From assembly GCF_032444005.1 (NCBI RefSeq), contig NC_091286.1:34844001-34908000 (forward strand): 64,000 bases of DNA, read 5' to 3'. A model generated the notes under the pieces. That model was not told the DNA's origin. It made no database searches and saw nothing but the letters and a program-made list of their open reading frames with translations. Numbering within the stretch: position 1 is the first letter of the stretch; each line of letters begins with the position of its first letter. This document shows positions 12,958-25,155 of the stretch, piece after piece. A program made the translations under genes and the position numbers. Origin of the DNA: Ranitomeya imitator (Eukaryota).

Positions 12958-13039
12958 TAATGGAGTGTGGGCGGTGCGTGGGTGGAGAGTGCGTGTCTGT
13001 GTGCGCGGGCAGGGTCTGTGCGTGACCGTTGGGGTATGT

Positions 13040-14100
13040 GTGGGCCTGCCGGGGGCTCTGTGCGGGCTGCCGGGGGCTCTGTGCGGGCTGCCGGGGGCTC
13101 TGTGCAAGCTGCCGGGGCTCTGTGCGGGCTGCCGGAGCTCTGTGCGGGCTGCCGGGGGCTCTGTGCGGGCTGCCGGGGCTCTGTGCGGGCTGCCGGAGCT
13201 CTGTGTGGGCTGCCGAGCGCTCTGTGCGGGCTGCCGGGGGCTCTGTGTGGGCTGCCGGGGCTCTGTGCGGGCTGCCGGAGCTCTGTGTGGGCTGCCGAGG
13301 GCTCTGTACGGGCTGCCGGGGGCTCTGTGCGGGCTGCCGGGGCTCTGTGCGGGCTGCCGGAGCTCTGTGCGGGCTGCCGGGGCTCTGTTCGTGCCTGCCG
13401 GGGGCTCTGTGCGGGCTGCCATGGGCTCTGTGCGGGCTGCCGGGGCTCTGTGCAGGCTGCCGGGGCTCTGTGTCGGCTGCCGGGGGTCTTTTCGTGCCTG
13501 CCGGGGGCTCTGTGCCGGCTGCCGGGGCTCTGTGCCGGCTGCCGGGGGTCTTTTCGTGCCTGCCGGGGGCTCTGTCAGGGCTGCCGGGGGCTCTGTGCGG
13601 GCTATACATATAGACATACAGTACATTAAACAAAGAGTACATACGGGCTGCCGGAGCTCTGTGCGGGCTGCCGGGGGCTCTGTGCGGGCTGCCGGGGCTC
13701 TGTGCGGGCTGCCGGAGCTCTGTGTGGGCTGCCGAGGGCTCTGTGCGGGCTGCCGGGGGCTCTGTGCGGGCTGCCGGAGCTCTGTGCGGGCTGCCGGGGC
13801 TCTGTGCGGGCTGCCGGGGCCCTGTTCTGGCTGCCGGGGGTCTGTTCCGGCTGCCGGGGGTCTGTTCGTGCCTGCCAGGGGCTCTGTGCGGGCTGCCATG
13901 GGCTCTGTGCGGGCTGCCGGGGCTCTGTGCAGGCTGCCGGGGCTCTGTGCCGGCTGCCGGGGGTCTTTTCGTGCCTGCCGGGGGCTCTGTGCCGGCTGCC
14001 GGGGCTCTGTGCCGGCTGCCGGGGGTCTTTTCGTGCCTGCCGGGGGCTCTGTGCGGGCTGCCGGGGGCTCTGTGCGGGCTGCCGGGGGCTCTGTGCGGGC
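13040..14100 (-). repeat. 20-21 bp GC-rich minisatellite, left arm
   Basis: (GGGCTCTGTGCGGGCTGCCG)n; includes a 498-bp internal duplication. Confidence 0.95.
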
Positions 14101-14599
14101 TATACATATAGACATACAGTACATTAAACAAAGAGTACATACTCACCATTACTTGTCACTTTGTTCCCCGAAGCCAGTGTCACCTATAAAAAAGATTAAA
14201 ATAACAAACAACCAATATACTCCCTGTCCGCAGAAATCCACGAGTGTCCCACGACGATTTCCCGTGCAGAACGGCAGCATCAGCTGATGCGACCGCTCTC
14301 CAGGGGCTCCAGGAACCTAATGACCGGCGAAGGTATCCTTCCGCACTGTATTCCTCCACCGCTATAAAAAATTAGTCCCTAGTCTCACTTTTGGCATTGC
14401 TGTGTGAGAAATTTTCCCACGCAGCAATTGCCATAAAGTGAGACTTTGAACTATAGTAACCTCAGTGATGCACTGCAGGAGCCATTGTCTCCTGTCAGTG
14501 TGTCACTGAGGGTCCTGTAGAGCAGTTACATCACCCGATGTCACTGTTCTATAGGGGAGATCATCGTGAGACACTCGTTATTAATTGGACTACGGCAGA

Positions 14600-17500
14600 C
14601 AGAGCCCCCGGCAGCCCGTACAGAGCTCCGGCAACCCGCACAGAGCCCCGGCAGCCCGCACAGAGCCCGGGCAGCCCGCACAAAGCCCCCGGCAGCCCAC
14701 ACAGAGCCCCCGGCTGGCACGCACAGACCCCCGGCAGCCCGCACAGAGCCCCGGCAGCCCGCACAGAGCCCCGGCAGCCCACACAGAGCCCCCGGCAGTC
14801 ATGCACAGACCCCCGGCAGCCTGCACAGAGCCCCCGGCAGGCACGCACAGACCCCCGGCAGGCACACACAGAGATCCGGCAGGCCGCACAGAGCCCCCGC
14901 AGCCCGCACAGAGCCCCCAGCAGTCACGCACAGAGCCCCGGCAGCCCGCACAGAGCCCCCAGCAGGCAGGCACAGACCCCCGGCAGCCCGCACAGAGCCC
15001 CAGCAGCCCCCACAGAGCCACCGGCAGGCACGCACAGACCCCCGGCAGTCCGCACAGAGCCCCAGCAGCCCCCACAGAGCCACCGGCAGGCATGCACAGA
15101 CCCCCGGCAGCCCGCACAGAGCCCCGGCAGCCCGCACAGAGCCCCGGCAGGCACGCACAGAGCTCCGGCAGGCACGCACAGAGCCCCGGCAGGCACGCAC
15201 AGACCCCCGGCAGCCCGCACAGAGCCCCGGCAGGCACGCACAGAGCTCCGGCAGGCACGCACAGAGCCCCGGCAGGCACGCACAGACCCCCGGCAGCCCG
15301 CACAGAGCCCCGGCAGCCCGCACAGAGCCCCGGTAGGCACGCACAGACCCCCGGCAACCCACACAGAGCCCCGGCAGCCCACACAGAGCCCCCGGCAGCC
15401 CACACAGAGCCCCCGGCAGTCACGCACAGACCCCCGGCAGCCTGCACAGACCCCTGGCAGCTTGCACAGAGCCCCGGCAGGCCCGCACAGACCTTTGGCA
15501 GCCGGCACAGAGCCCCGGCAGCCCGCACAGAGCCCCGGTAGGCCTGCATACAGCCCCGGCAGGCCCGCACAGAGCCCCTGCAAGCCCGCACAGAGCCCTG
15601 GCATCCCGCACAGAGCCCCAACAGACCCGTACAGACCCCCGGCAGCCCGCACAGAGCCCCGGTAGCCCGCACAGAGCCCCGGCAGCTTGCACAGAGCCCC
15701 GGCAGCCTGCACAGAGCCCCAGCAGCCCGCACAGAGCCCCAGCAGCCCGCACAGAGCCCCGGCAGCTTGCACAGAGCCCCGGCAGCCTGCACAGAGCCCC
15801 AGCAGCCCGCACAGAGCCCCGGTAGCCCGCACAGAGCCCCGGCAGCCTGCACAGAGCCCCGGCAGCCCGCACAGAGCCCCCGGCAGGCACGCACAGACCC
15901 CCGGCAGCCCGGACAGACCCCCGGCAGTCCGCACAGAGCCCCGGCAGCCCCCACAGAGCCACCGGCAGGCACGCACAGACCCCCGGCAGTCCGCACAGAG
16001 CCCCAGCAGCCCCCACAGAGCCACCGGCAGGCACGCACAGACCCCCGGCAGCCCGCACAGAGCCCCGGCAGCCCGCACAGAGCCCCGGCAGGCACGCACA
16101 GAGCTCCGGCAGGCACGCACAGAGCCCCGGCAGGCACGCACAGACCCCCGGCAGCCCGCACAGAGCCCCGGCAGGCACGCAGAGCCCCGGCAGGCACGCA
16201 CAGAGCTCCGGCAGGCACGCACAGAGCCCCGGCAGGCACGCACAGACCCTCGGCAGCCCGCACAGAGCCCCGGCAGCCCGCACAGAGCCCCGGCAGGCAC
16301 GCACAGAGCCCCCGGTAGGCACGCACAGACCCCCGGCAACCCACACAGAGCCCCGGCAGCCCACACAGAGCCCCCGGCAGCCCACACAGAGCCCCCGGCA
16401 GTCACGCACAGACCCCCGGCAGCCTGCACAGACCCCTGGCAGCTTGCACAGAGCCCCGGCAGGCCCGCACAGACCTTCGGCAGCCGGCACAGAGCCCCGG
16501 CAGCCCGCACAGAGCCCCGGTAGGCCTGCACACAGCCCCGGCAGGCCCGCACAGAGCCCCTGCAAGCCCGCACAGAGCCCTGGCAGCCCGCACAGAGCCC
16601 CAACAGACCCGTACAGACCCCCGGCAGCCCGCACAGAGCCCCGGTAGCCCGCACAGAGCCCCGGCAGCTTGCACAGATCCCCGGCAGCCTGCACAGAGCC
16701 CCAGCAGCCCGCACAGAGCCCCGGTAGCCCGCACAGAGCCCCGGCAGCCTGCACAGAGCCCCAGAAGCCCGCACAGAGCCCCCGGCAGGCACGCACAGAC
16801 CCCCGGCAGCCCGGACAGAGCCCCGGCAGCCCGAACAGAGCCCCGGCAGCCCGCACAGAGCCCCGGCAGCCCGCACAGAGCCACCGGCAGGCACGCACAG
16901 ACCCCCGGCAGGCACGCACAGACCCCCGGCAGGCACGCACAGACACCGGCAGCACGCACAGACCCCGGCAGCCCGCACAGAGCCCCCGGCAGGCACGCAC
17001 AGATCCCCGGCAGCCCACACAGAGCCCCGGCAGCCGGCACAGAGCCCCCGCAGCCCGCACAGAGCCCCCGGCAGTCACGCACAGACCCCCGGCAGCCCGC
17101 ACAGAGCCCCGGGCAGGCAGGCACAGACCCCCGGCAGCCCGCACAGAGCCCTGGCAGCCCGCACAGAGCCACCGGCAGGCACGCACAGACCCCCGGCAAC
17201 CCACACAGAGCCCCGGCAGCCCGCACAGAGCTCCGGTAGGCACGCACAGAGCCCCGGTAGCCCGCACAGAGCCCCCAGTAGGCACGCACAGACCCCCGCC
17301 AACCCACACAGAGCCCCGGCAGCCCGCACAGAGCCCCGGCAGCCCACACAGAGCCCCTGCAGACCGCACAGAGCCCCCGGCAGTCACGCACAGACCCCCG
17401 GCAGCCTGCACAGACCCCCGGGCAGCTTGCACAGAGCCCTGGCAGGCCCGCACAGACCTTCGGCAGCCGGTACAGAGCCCCGGCAGCTCGCACAGAGCCC

Positions 17501-17725
17501 CGGCAGGCACGCACAGACCCCCGGCAGCCCGCACAGAGCCCCGGCAGCCCCGCACAGAGCCCCGGCAAGCCCGCACAGAGCCCTGGCAGCCCGCACAGAG
17601 CCCCAACAGACCCGTAGAGACCCCCGGCAGCCCGCACAGAGCCCCGGTAGCCAGCACAGAGCCCCGGCAGCCCGCACAGAGCCCCGGCAGCCCGCACAGA
17701 GCCCCGGCAGGCCAGCACAGACCCC
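14600..17725 (+). repeat. 20-21 bp GC-rich minisatellite, right arm (inverted relative to the left arm)
   Basis: (CGGCAGCCCGCACAGAGCCC)n with variant units. Confidence 0.95.
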
Positions 17726-19534
17726 GCCCGCACACAGAGATATGCACAGTGTCCGCCCATGCACCACCCACACTCTTCCCCCCTTCGGAACAGAATGTAG
17801 AAGGACAGAAAGGGCTTATTTATATTCCGATATTTGTGTCCCATTGACTTGCATTGGTACCGGGTATCGGCGATATCCGATATTGTTTGGATATCGGCCG
17901 ATCCAATCTGATACCGATACTTTTGGATATCGGAAGGTATCGCTCAACACTAATCGTTAAATATGATTGGCTAGTGCAACATCTTCAGGCTATAATGTAT
18001 GCAAATGAGTGATGAAGGATAGCCAGTCAGGTGGCTGCTTTGATTCTGTGACCTTTATTGATACAAATGAGAGCTGTAATGTGATTGGTTGCAATTATCA
18101 TCCCCTTTGTAGAGTTTTTTTTTCTTTTATTATTTATTATATTGTTTCCGTATTAATCAAGAAATTCATTTCGTGCATATTAGAACTGAGCAAAAAGATC
18201 TGTAGGTTCCCTATCCCTAGTCTGTGACCACAGGACCAGACTCCTGCCAGTCTCCTCCTACCTGCCGAAATCCGTGCTACCTTTTGTGCAGCAGTGGTCG
18301 GTCTCCAAGGCAACAAGTTGGACGTAAACTTTTAATATCCAAAAAACGGCTGGAAATGTTAATAAACAGTAAATTGCAAAGTTGCTCGTGTGACGATATC
18401 CATTAGAAAGGAAAAACCCTGACTGTGATCCAAGATATCGTGTCATTGTGTCCGCTCCCCACTCAGGAATAACACACTGTTGTCATTTTTCTATCACTTT
18501 GTATTTTTATGATATAAAATGGTATAGTATTTATTTATTTGCATGAGGGGGAACACAATTTATACGTGCATTTTTTTCAGTGTTGATCGACTACCGTACC
18601 AGTCAGTGGCCATTCATTCACTACCCATGGGCCGCCAGAAACAGTAAGAACGATCATTAATAGCGGGCCAGGCTTCAGCATTATCTGGGCCTTTGGGCTA
18701 TAGAGACGCCGTGGGCTTCTCCTCGCTGTCAGTTTTTTCTCATCACGTTCCAAATGCCTTTTTTTTTTTTTGCAAGACGAATTGGAATATCAGGATACAT
18801 CATTCAGTCCCACAGATACGCACAAGGCAATATCAAATATTTCATTTTTTTTAACGTTTTTATTTACATTACTGAAAAAAAGGGTATTTTAATTTTTATA
18901 GATGTATTTTTCTTATTATTTTTTTTAAATATTTTACAATTGTTTTATTAGCCTTTTTTACCTAACGATGCCATCGGCAACAAGGGTGGGAGGGCAGGTG
19001 GGATAAATTCAAACTTTTTAAATGCCGCTGGCATGACTAACGGTGGCAAGTAAGGGGTTAAATTGCTATGACCGGATCTAGTTTTATCACCAATGGTAAT
19101 CTGGACCAAGTGGGATCCCCAGATGCATTGGACTCCGACATTTCCCAGGTTCGCCAGGTGTCGTCGCCCCTCATTAATAATATGATCTGTCCTTAGTCAC
19201 CATCACGTTGCCATGGCGATACGCTGCCGACCATAATGATTTTTATGCCGAAATAAAGGATCCAGTCGCCTGATGAGTGGCGGCTCCCAGTGAAAATAAT
19301 CAGGACCGATTCTGCCCGTATGAAAGGGTCTGTAGTGAATATCGTCACCATTTCGATTCTATATGTGGGTGCAAAATTCTGTTGCTAATTAATTTCTTAA
19401 TATTCCTTTACAAAGGTTAAAATTGTCCAATTTATTTAGAAAAATTGCAATTTTTTTTCCTTTGGGTGGAGGATGGAGGCAAATTTTCTAGTAGGAAAAG
19501 GGTTACAGTCCTGCACTAGTTGATATGGGAAAAG

Positions 19535-19537
<3 letters not shown>

Positions 19538-19583
<46 letters not shown>
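19538..19583. repeat. (TA)n microsatellite
   Basis: Direct reading. Confidence 0.95.
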
Positions 19584-19586
<3 letters not shown>

Positions 19587-19873
19587 AAAAAAGAAGAAAT
19601 ACAGTAATAATTTATAGAATAAGATTTCCATATTTTATGTGATTACAGAGATGCCCTGACAATACTTAGATACGGAGATGCCCAAACAATATGTAGACAT
19701 TCTAAAAATGGTGAGAAGTTCTAGGTTGCCATGGAGAGGCTTATGTTTCACTACCATGGCAACAGGACTCATTGTCTGCTTCGCCTGGTAACACTAGACA
19801 GATTATCTAAAGATCATCTCGGTGACAAGCAAACTGGTCCACATGTCTGAGGAAGAAGAAAGAAGATTGCAAG

Positions 19874-20069
19874 ATGTCTATGAGGAATGAGAGCTGGTGT
19901 TTGGTGGACAGACATCCCACCCAGTACTGGTGCCGACGAGAGAGGAGACACTTCCCCCAACACTTGCAGAGTGTCCTCAGTACGAGTATGGTGCCAACCA
20001 TGGAGTCTAGAAGCACGTGGACCAATATAACGCCAAGACACCGGGAGAAAAGGCATTATACCAATGCCG
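19874..20069 (+). CDS. SPATA45: SPATA45 main coding exon (N-terminus possibly frameshifted; see findings)
   Basis: RNESWCLVDR...RERRHFPQ...SRSTW...HREKRHY resembles human KRESNCLVER...VQKRHFP...RSSW...HMERKHFPP; donor G|gtaagt at 20070; syntenic position and orientation between FLVCR1 and TATDN3. Confidence 0.8.
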
Positions 20070-20781
20070 GTAAGTAGATGTTGGCCTCATGGTGGACCAT
20101 AGATGGAGAATAGATTATACGCAATCAGTGGTGGACGTAGTAGGCGGCTGCCTAGGGCACGACTGGTGAAAGGGGAGTAAATGTATGGAGTAAGAGAGGT
20201 GATCGTGTGATATAAGAGCACAGGCGTACATATATAATATATACAATAGCAATAGTCGAGGGTTGGAGACAGCAGAAATGGTGGCCAACATGGCAGTGAA
20301 CAGCCTTTATGCGGACTCCCTTGCACAACATGGATCAATAGTGCAGTAAATTCGGTTGTGCGGTAATTGTGTTCAGAGGTTGGATGAGATGTGTGTGAAT
20401 TGCCCGGGCGTGGTGCCATGATTGCGCACCATATACCGCCTAGAATATACATTATCTACAACGCATGCTGATGGATTACGGATTCGTTTTTCAGGTGCTG
20501 GACATTTGGTATAAGCTCCCGAATGTGAAAAATAAGAATCAACCACTGCCACCAGCGACTCTGAAAATGGGAAGAAAGATCTAGAGATAGTGTACTAGAT
20601 GATACTGTGCTGCCTCCACCGCAAATAAACAACATCTGATTCTAGATTTGCTTTTCTGATGTGCACAATTCTTATTAAAGCCCAATTTGCCCCGGTTTCG
20701 TGTATGCGATGGCTGATGTAGGAGCGACGGGATCTGGTACTCGACAATGGAGCGTCACCACAAAGAGCGATTCATCCTCTA

Positions 20782-21177
20782 AGGCTATGTGCACACGTTG
20801 CGGATTCTCTGCGGATCCGCAGCGTTTTTTGCGGTGCAGAAACGCTGCAGATCCGCAATTGATTTACAGTACAATGTAAATCAATGAGAAAAAAAAAAAT
20901 GCTGTGCACACTTTGCGGAAAATCCGCTGCGGAAACGCTGCGGTTTAAAAGAAGTAGCATGTCACTTCTTTTTTGCGAATCTGCAGCGTTTTTGTACCCA
21001 TTCCATTATAGAAAACCGCAGGGGTAAAAAACGCAGCAAATCCGCAAAAAAACGCACACAAAACGCTGCGGAACCGCACAAAAAATGCGACAAATCCGCA
21101 GGTGCGTTTTCTGCCAGGAGAGGCAAAATCCACACCAGAAATTCCTAAGGCTAATCCGCAACGTGTGCACATAGCCT
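20782..21177. mobile_element. Harbinger-like MITE
   Basis: TIR AGGCTATGTGCACACGTTGCGGA ... TCCGCAACGTGTGCACATAGCCT; TA-containing flanks. Confidence 0.8.
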
Positions 21178-21290
21178 TAGGTTCCATTGCTGTCAGGATT
21201 GGAGAAAAGTGGCCACAACCATCATAAAGTCGCCCTCGTATCTTTGTGTATAATTAGAGTATTGCACCAGTATTTTACTTGTTTACACAG

Positions 21291-21361
21291 AAACGCCCCC
21301 GAGCACTTCCCCCGAGCACTTCCAGGCTAATTCGCATTTGGCTGTGAATCTCGATTTCTGA
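21291..21361 (+). CDS. SPATA45: Candidate terminal exon of SPATA45
   Basis: Strong acceptor tattttacttgtttacacag|, phase-1 compatible, reads ETPPSTSPEHFQANSHLAVNLDF*; no recognisable homology; an alternative acceptor exists at ~20494 (tttttcag|). Confidence 0.25.
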
Positions 21362-23297
21362 GTCCTGACACATCGGATTAGTAGAAAACAGGGACTACTG
21401 ACCGGGGCTGCTTAATTAAAGGTCCTGCAATTCTTTTTGATCATCTTTACAAAACAGGCATTATTTTTACTGTTGTGCTTGGTCCTATACCGCCAAACCG
21501 ATGGTTTCAATAGTTGAAAACTTAGGATAAACACGTCATGACCCAGTGAGCTCTAAATGGGGGTCATGGCCTCATTTCCATCCGCTATAGTGATTGGATG
21601 CGTCTGGGAAACCCATACCGATCAGACACTTGGGGCACATTCTAGAGATATACCCTTAAGGTATAGAGTTGGAGTTCAACTTTTAGGAGAGCTTTGGATA
21701 GGGAGCTACTGGTGCCCCCCCTAAGGTAAATGCACCTATGTCGGGAGATGCTACAGGTGAAAATCAGTGAGCTCAGACTCTTCCCTAAAATAAAGGTGCA
21801 GTTGTCTCCTCAGCCCCTTACTAAAAACATGTCTCCAGCATAATTTCTGCTTAACTCGTCCTCATAAAGTAACCCTAAAGAGATTTCCATTCATGCTGCC
21901 TTTATGGCTGTAGGGGCTTAGACCCTGAATGAATATCAAAAGACTGACTGTCACTTCTAAACAGAAAACTGGTGTGTACAGGTGCTTACTAAGAGTAGCC
22001 ATCTCTATATACTATACCGTGAAAATATGAACTATATGAAATTGGCATTGCATTACTGCTCCAGAAAATAGGAAAAAAAATACTTAGCCCAAAAAATTGG
22101 CCAATTCATGTGTGCCCAGCAGCCACGACAAGGCGATCTTCTGTGCCTGGAACCCAATCTAATGTGACTCCTCTCACAAGCTATAGCGGTTTTAATCACA
22201 GCAGGTTCCTATCTACCCATACAAATGTACCATATAAATGTAGGTTATCAGCCCATGAGAGGAGTCATGTTAAGTTAGGTTCCCAGCAAAGAAGATTGTC
22301 TTGTCATGTCTGCTGGGCACACATGGATTGGCCACTTTATGTGCTAAGTAACTTAGTTTTTTCCAATTTTCTAGAGCCGTAATGCAATTCCAATTTCATG
22401 TTTGCATGTGTGCTCACTCGGCTGCACATGGAGGTAGTCACAGGAACACTGCGGCTTTAAGGATACACTTGGTTTATGCTGCATATAATAAACCAAGTTT
22501 TAAGCACAAAATAAACATGGCCCTCTGGGCAAAACAGCAATTCAAAGCGGTAGCACTATGTGCAGTCCTTGCATTAGTGGGGATCAGCCCACTCAGGGTT
22601 AGCAATGTCATTTAATAAACACCATGTCACGAAGCAAGGTTTAGGAAGACAGGAGATTAGGAATCTGGGCCCCTGAACTGCCCCTCAGGCTGGGGGTAGC
22701 CCTGTCTTTCCTTAACTTGGGGGTGCCCTTGAAGCTAGGGAGGCCCAAGTCACCGACCTGTCCCTGTCTCCTGTTAAACCCTGAACTAAACCCCCAACCC
22801 CCACCCCGGGAGGTGAACAGTGTAAACAGCACCACAAAGCAAATACACAGGAATAAACAATATGAGAGAGAAGGGAACACGATACCAAAAGGTGAATGCA
22901 CAAACTACAAAGAAACAAAACTCAGAACGTAGCTTGTGCACGTCGCTGCAGACTCCACAACACAGATAGTACAGCAACAGAGCTCCAAACACCAGACTTG
23001 GCTGACACCAAGGAGCTGCTACTGCGAGGTTGGTCTCCTAAAAGGACCTGTATAACCAACAGTCAGCTGATGCACCAGAGGTCACAAACATCATCTGACC
23101 CAGCAGCAATGCAATGCAATAACACCAGCAGCCACTGGGGGGGGGGGAGGAAGCTGCATTAACCCCCAATGTCCAGAAAGGAAAAAAGGTTTAAATCAGA
23201 GGGAAACCAGATCTGCCACAGATCCAAACATGGATTGTGACAGTATCCCCCTTTCAATGAGTGGCCTCTGGACACTCAACATCAGACCTCACCAGAC

Positions 23298-24300
23298 CTA
23301 CCTACGGTGAGGATGCCTCGATCCACCAGAGTTCACCTCGTCAGGCACCTGACTCTCAGGTTTATGGCAAACGCGACCTGATGAAAATGCCAGCAACGTA
23401 GGCTCCGGAGGAGCCACAAATCTCCAGAGCGCTGACCTGGGGAATGAGTTGTGTACATGCATAACTGGGGGTAACTCCAACTGAAAAGTCCCAGGGCTGA
23501 GAATGGCCGACACCCGATATGGCCCAATCACCCTGGAACTCCAGGTCCCAGTTGCATACTTCCACCTGATGTTTTTGGTGGACACCCATACGTACTCATT
23601 CACACACAGGTCCGGACGACCTGAACGTTTATTTCCATGCAAACGTTTGCCACAGGACGGAGAATTCTTTGAGGAATTGACAACAGAGGCGTCCCCCTGT
23701 GTCACTACACTCACACCCCCACAATGCTCCGAGGGAATCACCACCCTCTTCTGACCCCTCCTCCTAAGAGGTCTCTGACCCACCGGGTTAACCTGTAGTG
23801 AGGGTAAAGTCTTGCCCCTAGTCCCTGGCAGCACCTCTGCTAACCCCACCGAAGGGGAAGGGGTAGGTTTTAGAGGAACGGCAGAGATCGTAGCTCCTGA
23901 GCAGCAGTCCTTACACGACTGACCCCAGCTGACTACTTCCCTGGACCGCCAGTCTATGACCGGGTTATGTTTTTTCAACCAAGGGAGTCCTAAAACCATG
24001 GGAGTTGGTATGCCCGCCAAGACGTAGCATGATAAAGACTCTTCATGACAAGCCCCTATACGCAGATGTACATTGTCTACGACTTGTGTAATGCTCCCCT
24101 GGCTGAGCGGAGCAGAGTCAATGGCCTGGACGCTTAAGGGTTTCGCTAGCGTCCTACTCATCAGGCCATGGGTCTGGACAAAATGAGCATCCACCAAACT
24201 GACTCCTGCTCCACTGTCCACAAGCACCGGAATATTCTCAGTTACCCCACCAATAACCACCTCAGCAGGTAAGGTACACTGAGACGAAAAAAATTGAGGA
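23298..24300 (-). pseudogene. Gypsy aspartic protease fused in frame to an integrase C-terminal (GPY/F) remnant
   Basis: VLVDSGAG (Asp at 24216-18), MVLGLPWLKKHNPVIDW, then VWVSTKNI...IGPYRV...FQLELP. Confidence 0.8.
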
Positions 24301-25155
24301 AATAAACACACCCTGGTCACCTCCTTCCACACGACCAGGGGGAAGCGGCTCTTTAGATGGAACAGGTACTTTGGCACGCGCTGGGCAGACATTGATAAAA
24401 TGACCGGTCTGCCCACAGTAGAAACATGCCCCCACTCCACGGTGAACCACAGGCAACCCAGTCTGGGAACCAACTCCTCCCACCAGCATGGGTTCGTCCA
24501 CCTGCCCAGGTGTGTCCTCCTCCCTAGCAAGGACTATAGGGGGCACATTTGGTGTATGCCTCTCCCTCAAGCGTCTATCCACCCGGATGGCAAGGGACAT
24601 GGCGGCCTCCAACCACCTGGGGGCTGCGTACTGCACCAGAGTATCTTGTAACCTAGGGGACCAACCCTGCACAAAATGGCTCCTAAGGGTAGGGTCATTC
24701 CACTGTGTGTCAGTGGCCCACCTCCTGAACTCTGAACAGTACTCCTCTGCCGACCGAGCCCCCTGCTTGATCTTACGGAGTCAGGATTCCGACCAGGGAA
24801 ACGCCATCTGGATCACCATACACGTAAAAAACTCATCCTCCGACCGTAGGGATGGTGAACCGGTCGGCAGGGAGAAGGCCCAGGACTGGGGATCACCCTT
24901 AAGAAGGGAAACGATGATTCCCACCCGTTGTTCCTCACTCCCTGATGAACGAGGGCGGAGCCTGAAGTACAACTTGCAGGTCTCCTTAAAAACCAAAAAT
25001 GTATCTCTCCCTCCAGAGAACCTGTCTGGGAGAGATATCTTGCATTCAGGTTGAGCCTGTACCTGAGCCGAGGCCCAAAACCCCAACATTTGCTGCAGCT
25101 GCTGCACCACCTCACTACGCAGCACCTTACACTCCTCGGTGAGAGTCTGTAGCAA
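24262..25155 (-). pseudogene. Gypsy gag with an internal stop (24781-83)
   Basis: ISLPDRFSGG...QRVGIIVSLLKGDPQSWA, AEEYCSEFRRWATDTQWND and CFYCGQTGHFINVC. Confidence 0.85.

Larger units (their letters stand above)
12008..17952. mobile_element. Non-autonomous hAT-type DNA transposon, 5.9 kb, with inverted minisatellite arms
   Basis: TIRs TAGTGTTGAGC ... GCTCAACACTA; perfect 8-bp TSD ATCGTTAA (12000-12007 and 17953-17960); no transposase ORF. Confidence 0.9.

Noticed and set aside
12785-17847. Many 200-780 aa Pro/Ala/Arg- or Gly/Cys-rich ORFs on both strands
   Set aside because: Stop-free translations of the 20-21-mer arrays within a non-autonomous transposon; no domain, splice or start support
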